Shown: in pieces, positions 54,527 to 62,740 of the stretch | How positions within the stretch are numbered: the stretch's first letter is position 1 | Layout of the letters: each line of letters begins with the position of its first letter | From: a virus | Taxonomy: Duplodnaviria; Heunggongvirae; Uroviricota; Caudoviricetes | Strand: one strand, 5' to 3' | Virus record (IMG/VR): IMGVR_UViG_3300037312_000757 | Length of the DNA stretch: 64,000 nt | Made by a program: the position numbers and the translations under genes | Notes under the pieces: model-generated | What the model was told of the DNA's origin: nothing | The model's database searches: none | Seen by the model: the letters and a program-made list of their open reading frames with translations, nothing else

Positions 54527-55117
54527 TTAGTGGTGAGCAAACGGCGCATACCAGACGTCCCACTCATGCGTCTTGAGGTTGAAGTAGCGAAAGCCTTTTG
54601 CCAGCCACTGTTCAAAGTTCAGGAACTCTTCCTTCGCACCGTGTGCCAAATTGCGTGCATGCGCGGCAAGATAGTCGACGCGCAGGTTGTACACCGTGTC
54701 TTCGTGACCCTTCACCTTAGTGAACCTTGCTTGCCGCAAGCATTCAACCATGTCGTCATACATGACACTCGGATAGAATTCATTCACGAACATCATGAGG
54801 CGGTTGTGGATCCCATCGACGGTTTCGGTGCTAACCCAGTTGTCCTTGTGCAGGGCGAACGCCGCATTGACGACCCATTCATCATCGGTGAAGAACGATA
54901 CGTCGCAGTACGGCACTTTGCTACGCTTCACATAGTTGACAGCCTCAGCAAACGCCATCATCTCGTGGAACCCGCAGAACTGCTGTGGGGCGTCTGCCGT
55001 CCCACCATGAAGCTCGACAGTCGTATCGTTGTGATGCGCGACCAAGCCCCAGGAAAGCGTCCAGCGCTTGAATGCGTTGGGCGTTTGCTGACCACTACCG
55101 TCCATGAAAACGATCAT
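54527..55117 (-). CDS. RNase H-like protein
   Basis: FMDGS, HEMMA, FTDD, KVKGH, N..VDYLA. Confidence 0.75.
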   Translation of the reverse strand: MIVFMDGSGQQTPNAFKRWTLSWGLVAHHNDTTVELHGGTADAPQQFCGFHEMMAFAEAVNYVKRSKVPYCDVSFFTDDEWVVNAAFALHKDNWVSTETVDGIHNRLMMFVNEFYPSVMYDDMVECLRQARFTKVKGHEDTVYNLRVDYLAAHARNLAHGAKEEFLNFEQWLAKGFRYFNLKTHEWDVWYAPFAHH

Positions 55118-55350
55118 TGGTGGCCCTCCGGGCGCCCGTCGGTGTATTCGATCGTGTTACGCAGATCGAGAGCTTGCACCTTGGCGATTTCAGCCTTGCC
55201 AAACCAGATCACGAATTCACCCGGGTTGGCCGGCGAACGCTGCACTTTGACCTTCTTGCCAGCCTTGTGCATACGTCCTTCATTCTTGCCAATGTACTTG
55301 CTTTGCACATCAACCAACAGCTTTGCGGCGCGAGGAAGTTCGTAGGACAT
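55114..55350 (-). CDS. Hypothetical protein
   Basis: Cassette gene. Confidence 0.6.
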   Translation of the reverse strand: MSYELPRAAKLLVDVQSKYIGKNEGRMHKAGKKVKVQRSPANPGEFVIWFGKAEIAKVQALDLRNTIEYTDGRPEGHQ

Positions 55351-55357
55351 TTCATTT

Positions 55358-55414
55358 ACTCCGTTGCGTTTACCATGTTTCATATGGTATAGTCAACATC
55401 ATTGGCTGTAAAGC
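55358..55414 (-). promoter_or_regulatory. Early promoter/RBS unit
   Basis: TTTACA-17-TACCAT; leader ATGGTAAACG..GGAG. Confidence 0.75.
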
Positions 55415-55484
55415 ATTTTTCAATCAAATGAATGAAAAAGAGGCCCCGCTTGGGGGCCTTAACGTCACTCACCTTGCAAAACTT

Positions 55485-55991
55485 TTACAGCACGAACTCT
55501 TGCTTGTCGACGCGGATGCACTTCACGCTGTCGCACTTGTACGTGCGGATGATGACCTTGTTATCGAGACCGCCTTGCGAGTCCGGGTTGTCGCGCTCTT
55601 CGGGCATACCCGGGATATCACCATCGTACGGCTTGCCGTCAACCAGGATTTCCGACTTGCCTGCACCCAGGAAGATCACCTCGAGGTACAGTTGGCCCTT
55701 GTGCTCGATGAACGGGCTTTCCGGAATACGCGTGCCCCACTTGCGCGGTTGCAGTTCGAAGCTTGCGGGATCCTTGCCTTCCGCGATCAGGCGTCGCTCA
55801 ACCATGTTTTCGTAAGCGTTCGACTTCTTGTTTTGGAACACGATGACACGGTGACCCGTCGAACGCTTTGTCACGCGACCCTGGAAGGGGTTGGCCTTGC
55901 CGCCGGTGAGCTTGACCTCGGTCAGCGTATCGAGGCCGATGAACGATGCGCCGTTGACGTTTTCGAGGATTTGCTGGAGCTTGTGTTGCAT
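55485..55991 (-). CDS. Hypothetical protein
   Basis: Single-gene cassette; terminator at about 55438-55460. Confidence 0.75.
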   Translation of the reverse strand: MQHKLQQILENVNGASFIGLDTLTEVKLTGGKANPFQGRVTKRSTGHRVIVFQNKKSNAYENMVERRLIAEGKDPASFELQPRKWGTRIPESPFIEHKGQLYLEVIFLGAGKSEILVDGKPYDGDIPGMPEERDNPDSQGGLDNKVIIRTYKCDSVKCIRVDKQEFVL

Positions 55992-55997
55992 GTTTGC

Positions 55998-56056
55998 TTC
56001 TCCTTTGTTGTCTACCATGTGTCACATTATGAGTTCATTTGAACACACAGTCAAGC
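55998..56056 (-). promoter_or_regulatory. Stem-loop early promoter/RBS unit
   Basis: TTGACT-17-CATAAT; dyad GTTCAAATGAAC; leader ATGGTAGACAACAAAGGAG. Confidence 0.85.
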
Positions 56057-56069
56057 ACTAAATGAACAT

Positions 56070-56504
56070 TTATCCGATCGCAACCGGGAATTGGTGCTCA
56101 CGTGCAACGACGACCAACTCAAGCAAACGCGTCAACGTCCGCTCAACGTACTCTTCACTACGGCCCATAGAGATCACACGGCATCGACCAGGTTCTTGGC
56201 TGATGAACGGGTCGAGATACAGCGGTTCTTGCTTGCTCTGCAAGTTCAACAGCGTCATGAGACGCGCGTGAATCTCGTCCAGCTTGGACATATTCCACTC
56301 ACCCCACACGCTCACGTAGCCTTCTTCGTCGTAGTGTAGGAGACTTTGGTCAACTTGGCGAGCAATTGCCACTGCATTGGAATTGCTGAGATTGATCTCT
56401 ACGAAGGGTTCAGCTGCCCTGATCGAGAACCATTCCGGGTCATCAATCGGCTCCGGTTGGTAACGTTCCAGAGCAGCTTGTTCCATCCAGAAATTCACGC
56501 TCAT
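56070..56504 (-). CDS. Hypothetical protein
   Basis: Single-gene cassette. Confidence 0.7.
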   Translation of the reverse strand: MSVNFWMEQAALERYQPEPIDDPEWFSIRAAEPFVEINLSNSNAVAIARQVDQSLLHYDEEGYVSVWGEWNMSKLDEIHARLMTLLNLQSKQEPLYLDPFISQEPGRCRVISMGRSEEYVERTLTRLLELVVVAREHQFPVAIG

Positions 56505-56509
56505 CTCGT

Positions 56510-56564
56510 TCTCCCGTTGTTCACCATGTATCAAATGATAAGTTCACTTGAACATGGAGTCAAC
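56510..56564 (-). promoter_or_regulatory. Stem-loop early promoter/RBS unit
   Basis: TTGACT-17-TATCAT; dyad GTTCAAGTGAAC. Confidence 0.85.
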
Positions 56565-56566
56565 AG

Positions 56567-56932
56567 TTACTTGACATACTTCTTCACGCGCGGAGGATAC
56601 AGGGTGTTACCGCCGTTGATACGTGCGATTGCATCTTCGAGCCAGCGAATGCCATATTCAAGGCGAGGGATCGCAAACTTCATGACGTCGTCATTGTGCA
56701 GGGCGAAGAACAGATCGTTTCGGCTACCAGTACCAGGGACCGCACTTCCATCTTCGAAGCGATCGGGCTTCGTGAGAATCTCTTCGAGGTACTGCACACG
56801 GACGCCGAGACGCTCCTGCATGAGCGCGACGAACCTTTCAGGATCTACACCACCATTGACGACCATCACACCAGGCCACACGCAAACCTGGGTGAACCCT
56901 TCGTTCAGCTTGACGTTTTGTTCCTTAGCCAT
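56567..56932 (-). CDS. Hypothetical protein
   Basis: SD GGGG; ORF track. Confidence 0.7.
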   Translation of the reverse strand: MAKEQNVKLNEGFTQVCVWPGVMVVNGGVDPERFVALMQERLGVRVQYLEEILTKPDRFEDGSAVPGTGSRNDLFFALHNDDVMKFAIPRLEYGIRWLEDAIARINGGNTLYPPRVKKYVK

Positions 56933-56940
56933 GTTTCCCC

Positions 56941-57207
56941 CTATAGCAAGATGAATGTGAAATGAGAATTCGTTTGAACTGCATCGTGCCAGCAGGCAAC
57001 TGTCCCGTCGATGTTGTGCAGCGGTTCACCGCATGTTTTGAAATCACGCAACACGTCGGCAATATTGCCGACGTTAGTCAGCATGCCCGAAGCATGCAAG
57101 ATAGCGGTTGCGAGCGTTTCATTGTGCAGGTCAATGAGGTCCGAATACACACGCTTCGTGACACCGCCTTTGTTTGCATTTGCGTCTTCGATCACCATCA
57201 CAGCCAT
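56941..57207 (-). CDS. Hypothetical protein
   Basis: Cassette gene. Confidence 0.6.
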   Translation of the reverse strand: MAVMVIEDANANKGGVTKRVYSDLIDLHNETLATAILHASGMLTNVGNIADVLRDFKTCGEPLHNIDGTVACWHDAVQTNSHFTFILL

Positions 57208-57212
57208 GACAC

Positions 57213-57268
57213 GCTCCTTGTCGTTCACCATAGCATTATTGTGCATTCATATGAACGAGCAGTCAAGC
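57213..57268 (-). promoter_or_regulatory. Early promoter/RBS unit
   Basis: TTGACT-17-CACAAT; dyad TTCATATGAA; AAGGAG. Confidence 0.8.
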
Positions 57269-57374
57269 ACCAAATGAATCACGCAGTCAAAGAAAAAGCC
57301 ACCAACCTTTCGATTGATGGCCCTTCTTTGTAAGGACGTTCTCAATGAAAATACAAGCTGGTAATCACACAATA

Positions 57375-57731
57375 TCACCAGCGTATGCGTAAACCATATG
57401 TTACACGCGGTGGCTCGTTGTCGTCATATACACCAAGTCCACGGGGCACTTCCGGTGCCGACTTGTATGTGTCAACCCTGAACGACAGCGGGTGAGTTTT
57501 GAGCTTCTGCGTGACAAGTTCCCAGAACTTTGGCATCCGGAACACTTGGTATTCAAGTAGATGAATGTCTGCTGTCGGCGTGGGGTCGCCCGTCTTGCCA
57601 CCCGTGTAGATGTATTCGTACTTGCCATCCTCTGCAAGCTTGCGAATTTCGAGCCCCAGTAGGTCGATGAATTTGTTGAGGCTCGCCTCAGATTGCTGAG
57701 CAAGCTCTTTGGCTTCTTGTGCGGTGATCAT
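57375..57731 (-). CDS. Hypothetical protein
   Basis: ORF track. Confidence 0.65.
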   Translation of the reverse strand: MITAQEAKELAQQSEASLNKFIDLLGLEIRKLAEDGKYEYIYTGGKTGDPTPTADIHLLEYQVFRMPKFWELVTQKLKTHPLSFRVDTYKSAPEVPRGLGVYDDNEPPRVTYGLRIRW

Positions 57732-57732
57732 A

Positions 57733-58005
57733 TTACACCTTGTTAGCTTTTTCGTATTCCTTGCAGCGACGCTTCAGTTCCGCCTTGACGAGACGTGCCC
57801 CGTCACCCCTGTAACCAGCAGCGTTGCTGAGGAAATACAGGATAACGCTATATCCGTCATCGGCCCCGAACGAGTTGTTGATCGACATCAGACTGACCAT
57901 CGCGTTAAGGTAGGGTAGAGCGTGAGGATTGATTTTCTGCCAGTCCGAAAAGATGAACGAAGCGATTTGGCTGATCGTGCATTCTTTGAGACGTTCTGCG
58001 TTCAT
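57733..58005 (-). CDS. Hypothetical protein
   Basis: First gene of a cassette. Confidence 0.7.
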   Translation of the reverse strand: MNAERLKECTISQIASFIFSDWQKINPHALPYLNAMVSLMSINNSFGADDGYSVILYFLSNAAGYRGDGARLVKAELKRRCKEYEKANKV

Positions 58006-58010
58006 GCTCA

Positions 58011-58065
58011 ACTCCTGTCATTTACCATGTTAAGATGGTACATTCAGATGAACATGAACACAAGC
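58011..58065 (-). promoter_or_regulatory. Early promoter/RBS unit
   Basis: TTGTGT-17-TACCAT; dyad TTCATCTGAA; AGGAG. Confidence 0.8.
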
Positions 58066-58252
58066 ATTTAGTGGTCCGAAAATTCCACTAGATTCACTTG
58101 ATGAACAATGTTATGCTTCATCGCATTGTCGCTTCGAGTGACTTGTGATGCGTCAACTTACATCTTGGTTATGCCACCTTACGATGGCATAACCTGTGAT
58201 TCTTTGTTGCATTTGCAACACCTGCAACATTTGCTGCAAGTGCAACACGTGC

Positions 58253-58579
58253 TTACCAGCCTCGAGCGTCAGAGTACTCGTTGTACGTCGCGTCTGGTAA
58301 ACTCTCGAAGAAAGCTTCCTGTGCAGTTTGCATACTACCACGAGTGATATACTGCATTGCGTCATTGGTCCATTCTTCGACTGACATGCGATACGACTGC
58401 AAATACCGTTGGTCATCGTCGGCAAAGCCGACCGCTTCAACAATAAAGTTCTGATCGTTGACATCATCCTTCACGATCGATTGCCAGTCGTACTTGACTT
58501 TGTACTTGAACATAACGCCTTCACCGATACGATCGAATAGATCGTACATGTCTAGCTCGAGAGTTACTTCTTCCATCAC
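58253..58579 (-). CDS. Acidic hypothetical protein
   Basis: GTGA overlap. Confidence 0.6.
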   Translation of the reverse strand: MMEEVTLELDMYDLFDRIGEGVMFKYKVKYDWQSIVKDDVNDQNFIVEAVGFADDDQRYLQSYRMSVEEWTNDAMQYITRGSMQTAQEAFFESLPDATYNEYSDARGW

Positions 58580-59802
58580 ACAAAACCCTTGATCGTGTTG
58601 CCTGCCTTCGTCGTGATATCAATATGCATGAGATAGAAACGCTTTGCAGAGCTTTCAGGAATCTCAGTCGCGTATTCGTACTTTGTTGCCAACGATCGAC
58701 CTACGTGGTCTATTTCACGAACCACCAACCCAGTTGCCTGCGTGCGAACACTGTTGTTCCACGAGTTGCCGCTGTTCGGGCTGTGGGCCCAGTAGCAGCG
58801 ATCGGGATCTTGTCGATCCATCTTGAAGTTGAGATGGTGTTCTGCGTAATACTTCTTACCATCATCCGCTTCGACGAATGAACTAAACGGCTGGCGATAA
58901 CCGTCATGTAACTCGACTTCCTGCTTGATCTCTGCTTCGGTAATATCCACCTCAGACAAGAGGCCAACAGTGTATCCGGACAGCACATATGCCACTACTG
59001 GTCGATAACCATGTGCCGAAAGGTCTTCACAAGCTTGACGATTCAATGCCATAGCCGAAATCACTTCATTTTCGATCTCAGCAACCGTCAACTTCTTCTC
59101 GGCCTTCTTGGTGACTTCAATCACCTTGATCGATGGACGACCAACCAAGTACGGCTTGCCATTTTTCACAACCTTGACCACGTAACGTTTTGCGCCTTCT
59201 TCGATCTTCAGCGACGAACGGCGGTATGACAGGTTCCCATCCGTGTGAAGCGCAAGCATGTTGCCCAGATAGATACCACGTTCACCAGTCACCAGTTCGA
59301 CTTCGTCACCAATCGTGACTTCCTTCAACGGAATCACGGCAGCAACCTTCGTTCGCAACACTACCGAATTCTTGTACGGTTCACTGTTCGTCGGAAGCAG
59401 AATGTTCCGATTGCCATCACGACCCCACACACATTCAGCGATGATTTCGCCGTCATCGAGCAAGTTCTCGTTCATGCACATCACGAGGTTTTCGATCGTG
59501 ATTTCAAGTTCGAAGCCGCGCGGATCTTCAATCCGAACGTAGCTTGCCCCGCTACCGTTCCAACCACCGCTTCGACGAATTGCACGACCGATCTTGAAGC
59601 CGATCATTGGCTTGTTGTCGAGAATGACGCTGTTGAACGTCTTAGTGCTGCCATAGCCGCGTGCCCAGTTATCGACCGTATCACGACGTTTTTGTCCTGC
59701 TTCGTCGTCGTTGTACGGAGTCATGAAGCCAAGCGGAACTTCGTCTTGCGTGCGACGGCCTTGGAAGCCAACGTAAACCTGTTCAGGGATCTTGATTGCC
59801 AT
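58576..59802 (-). CDS. Hypothetical protein, large gene of duplicated module B
   Basis: YVGF...PLGFMTPY...VRIEDPRGFELEITIEN. Confidence 0.75.
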   Translation of the reverse strand: MAIKIPEQVYVGFQGRRTQDEVPLGFMTPYNDDEAGQKRRDTVDNWARGYGSTKTFNSVILDNKPMIGFKIGRAIRRSGGWNGSGASYVRIEDPRGFELEITIENLVMCMNENLLDDGEIIAECVWGRDGNRNILLPTNSEPYKNSVVLRTKVAAVIPLKEVTIGDEVELVTGERGIYLGNMLALHTDGNLSYRRSSLKIEEGAKRYVVKVVKNGKPYLVGRPSIKVIEVTKKAEKKLTVAEIENEVISAMALNRQACEDLSAHGYRPVVAYVLSGYTVGLLSEVDITEAEIKQEVELHDGYRQPFSSFVEADDGKKYYAEHHLNFKMDRQDPDRCYWAHSPNSGNSWNNSVRTQATGLVVREIDHVGRSLATKYEYATEIPESSAKRFYLMHIDITTKAGNTIKGFV

Positions 59803-59804
59803 GA

Positions 59805-60047
59805 TTATCGCGTGAGAGTCAGGAGGAATGCGTAGTTTTCTTCTGCGTCTTTGAGTTCTTCTGCGAACTGTTCATCGATCTTCTTGATCGCTTCTTGTTT
59901 CGCAGTAGCAATCTTGCGCTTCAGATCTTGAATGGTTTGCCAACCTTCCTTGATTGATTCACTTGACGCGTGCAGTTCAGGTTCGGAGACGTTCGACGCA
60001 TCACCGAGGCTCTTTTCACGGAGATTGGCGAGATAGTCAGTGGACAT
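59805..60047 (-). CDS. 80-aa helical protein, small gene of module B
   Basis: W..IQ.LK..IA...NYAFL..L.R. Confidence 0.7.
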   Translation of the reverse strand: MSTDYLANLREKSLGDASNVSEPELHASSESIKEGWQTIQDLKRKIATAKQEAIKKIDEQFAEELKDAEENYAFLLTLTR

Positions 60048-60072
60048 TTTTATAATTTAGGTTGTTGTAAAA

Positions 60073-60375
60073 TTATTTTGTTGCTACCAGTTCATCATTG
60101 ATGATGCTGTTATCATCTGCAACATCACCAATTGATGGTCCTGCTATGGGTCGCAGCCAATCATCAGGCGCATGGATTTCGGTGACTAGGCCGTAAAAAA
60201 CGTTGTCAGATGTAAACGCTTTAATTGGCGTTGCTGCCTTACACAACCAACGATCACCATACCCATCGTCATAGTCACCGGCGAATTCAATTACTTCCAA
60301 AACACGCCCAACATTTTCTGGGGCGGTGGCCTTAATCAGATAAGCGAGGTCTCCCGCCTTTACCCTGGTGTTCAT
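60073..60375 (-). CDS. Hypothetical protein
   Basis: ORF track. Confidence 0.65.
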   Translation of the reverse strand: MNTRVKAGDLAYLIKATAPENVGRVLEVIEFAGDYDDGYGDRWLCKAATPIKAFTSDNVFYGLVTEIHAPDDWLRPIAGPSIGDVADDNSIINDELVATK

Positions 60376-60479
60376 GTTGAATAGTTAAGTAGATAATATG
60401 TGACATGCAATGTAACACAAATGGCAACTTCAAATATGGCAAAAAGCCACCCTTAGGTGGCTTTCTGGTGTATTCTGGT

Positions 60480-61079
60480 TCAACTTAGTGTGACGGTCTT
60501 AGGTGAACCAAACTTTGCAGTCAGATCAGCAAGCGTGCTTCTGAACTTTGCGCCTGACGTATTGTACTGAGGCAAATACCAGCGACCCTTCTTGTCTTTC
60601 TTCATGCCAGCAGAGGCTGCCTGAGCGTCATCTACATTGAAGTAGTGCAGGTGTGTCATCTTGATGTCTGGCTTTGCTGGTGACGTTGCTGGTGCTTCTG
60701 GTGATGTTTTTTGATCAGCACCCTTCTTCATTGCTCGCAGGGCATCAAGTGTTGCCGCTGCTTTTTCACCATTGACATAGGATGCTTCTTTTGAATTCCA
60801 CATCAGGTCAAGGACATTGTTGGTGAATCGTGGAGCAGGATCCATCGTATTCCACTTGCGATACCACAAACCCTTTTGTCCATCCCAACCCAAGCGGTTT
60901 TCATTTGCCGCCCATTTCAGGTCAATAGGAATCTTAAAGTACGTGATGCGTTCACCTTGCTTACGCATGAAGTTGGGATCATCTTCATGACCCAACTCAT
61001 GTTGCAGCTCAGCGCGTTTAAATGAACGCTTTGACATACTGCCCCAGTCAGGAGCTTCAACAATATCTTTGTAACGCAT
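60480..61079 (-). CDS. Late protein with capsid-targeting-like N-terminus and C-terminal WYLPxYNTSGA module
   Basis: ATAAATA at 61099-61105; MRYKDIVEAP; terminator at about 60443-60465. Confidence 0.7.
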   Translation of the reverse strand: MRYKDIVEAPDWGSMSKRSFKRAELQHELGHEDDPNFMRKQGERITYFKIPIDLKWAANENRLGWDGQKGLWYRKWNTMDPAPRFTNNVLDLMWNSKEASYVNGEKAAATLDALRAMKKGADQKTSPEAPATSPAKPDIKMTHLHYFNVDDAQAASAGMKKDKKGRWYLPQYNTSGAKFRSTLADLTAKFGSPKTVTLS

Positions 61080-61101
61080 TTTACTCACCTAAAATGAGTA
61101 T

Positions 61102-61308
61102 TTATTGCAATTCCACGTTACCTTGCGATGTGATCACTTGGAAGTCCTTTTCGTTACGGGGACCTGGCAGTGATCGAGCGCCATGTGACAGCAACGGACC
61201 CATCAGGAATGCGACGATCGTCGGGAGAACGTGTCCATCCAATGTCAGGAAAACTATGATAGCAAAGAGGATGCCAAGGAATACGGCTGATTCAGTATCT
61301 TTCAACAT
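61102..61308 (-). CDS. Small membrane protein
   Basis: Two hydrophobic segments. Confidence 0.55.
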   Translation of the reverse strand: MLKDTESAVFLGILFAIIVFLTLDGHVLPTIVAFLMGPLLSHGARSLPGPRNEKDFQVITSQGNVELQ

Positions 61309-61485
61309 GTTGTTATTTTAATGAATAATTACTGATCCAACAGGACCAGCAGATTAGCAAGACATCCACCAAAGATCGCAGCAAGAAATACTTGAAATGT
61401 ATCAGTGGGGAAGAAAATCGCCGACAACAAACCAAACGAAGCCGCGCCCGCAGCGATGCAGGCGCATCGCATCATCTTCGAATAC

Positions 61486-61926
61486 TTAGGTTTTTGCATT
61501 TTGTTGTGCTATGATTTCGAGTTCAAGGTGACGCAACATGTTCGCTCGAGCATCACATAGGGCGTTGTGCAGTATTTCGCCATCTGCTTTGATGAAGCGG
61601 TTCAACTCCATAGTCAATGATGGAACATTGATGCACATACCATCATTCGTCACCATAGCTTGGCAGAAATTTGCCAGATCTTCGGGCCAATCTGCAATCA
61701 GGTGGATGCTGTCAAATTGCAGCAACCAAGCATGCAACTTTCGACGGAAGAGATCAAATGGAATTGGCACTGTGTTCAGCACCGGAATTACATTTTGGGC
61801 AACCCACGGCTTTGGGTTAGGACAAGGTAGAGCCTCGTAAAATTCGGAGCCGTCTTCAGCAACCAAGGCCATTGAAATCATCTCACCCTTGAAGTTGTTG
61901 AACTCCGTGTCGATCCATATTCGCAT
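61486..61926 (-). CDS. DEDD-type 3'-5' exoribonuclease (Rv2179c/DUF5051-like)
   Basis: IWIDTEF, ISMALVAEDG.EFY, ADW..D...F, HNALCDAR. Confidence 0.8.
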   Translation of the reverse strand: MRIWIDTEFNNFKGEMISMALVAEDGSEFYEALPCPNPKPWVAQNVIPVLNTVPIPFDLFRRKLHAWLLQFDSIHLIADWPEDLANFCQAMVTNDGMCINVPSLTMELNRFIKADGEILHNALCDARANMLRHLELEIIAQQNAKT

Positions 61927-62010
61927 GATTGTTATTATTATTTTAGTGGAACACAATGATACAACATTTCTCGAGCACCATAAATAAACAGATACTATTT
62001 TGAGGTCGCA

Positions 62011-62694
62011 ATGCGATATAACGAAATCATTACAGAAGCGAACTACAAGAATAAGTTCGACTCGACAAAGATCTATCCATCTCAAGCAGAGTTTGATCGT
62101 GCCGTTGCCAAATTTGGTGTATCAGGTGCTAACAAGGAAAGCAAGCCACAAGCAGGTGGTGCAGTTTACATCCTGAATCCAACAAAGGGTGTCATTGGCT
62201 ATAAGGTACCAAACAATGACTCACCGGAAGGTTATATCTGGTTTGCAGCGAAAGAACCGTTCATGCCTGCTGCAAAGGCGGCTGTACCAGCTCCTGAAGC
62301 TAAGCCAGTGAAGAGTGAACCAAAGGCTGCTCCTAAGGTTGAGAAAGCTACTGATGAACAATTGAAAGATGGTTTGCAAGACTTGTTGTCTCGTTTGGCG
62401 AACCAGAAATCAAGAAGTATGTGGGGAAACTATGACACAAACGAACCAGAGAAGGATCCATACTCTGGTGGTTTCCATGCTGGTATTCGTCATTGGGGCC
62501 ACTGGCAACTTCCTGACGATGCAGACCCATCGGACGACGAATACCAGGATTATGACTGGGAAGAGTTGTCGCATGAGTCAGGACGAGCGCTTCAAGAAAT
62601 TGTTCAGGACTTCAACAAGCGATACCCATCAATGGTGTTCAGTTGGAGCACTAGTGAAAAGAACTGGATTGATCTTTACGTAAAAGCCAAATAA
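62011..62694 (+). CDS. Late protein with capsid-targeting-like N-terminus
   Basis: ATAAATA at 61980-61986; MRYNEIITEA; terminator at about 62698-62722. Confidence 0.7.
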   Translation: MRYNEIITEANYKNKFDSTKIYPSQAEFDRAVAKFGVSGANKESKPQAGGAVYILNPTKGVIGYKVPNNDSPEGYIWFAAKEPFMPAAKAAVPAPEAKPVKSEPKAAPKVEKATDEQLKDGLQDLLSRLANQKSRSMWGNYDTNEPEKDPYSGGFHAGIRHWGHWQLPDDADPSDDEYQDYDWEELSHESGRALQEIVQDFNKRYPSMVFSWSTSEKNWIDLYVKAK

Positions 62695-62740
62695 CACAAG
62701 GCCTCCAAATGGAGGCCTTTTTCATTGTTCTGTCAGTTGA

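Noticed and set aside
4711-58065. CRISPR array or integron attC sites (dispersed repeats)
   Set aside because: Copies are degenerate, separated by whole genes and contain -35/-10/SD. GTT/AAC are oriented opposite to the attC RYYYAAC...GTTRRRY arrangement. No cas or integrase gene is in the window.
46251-59802. Diversity-generating retroelement (template/variable repeat pair)
   Set aside because: Similarity is at protein level in the N-terminal region, not a near-identical DNA repeat with adenine-specific mismatches. No reverse transcriptase is present.
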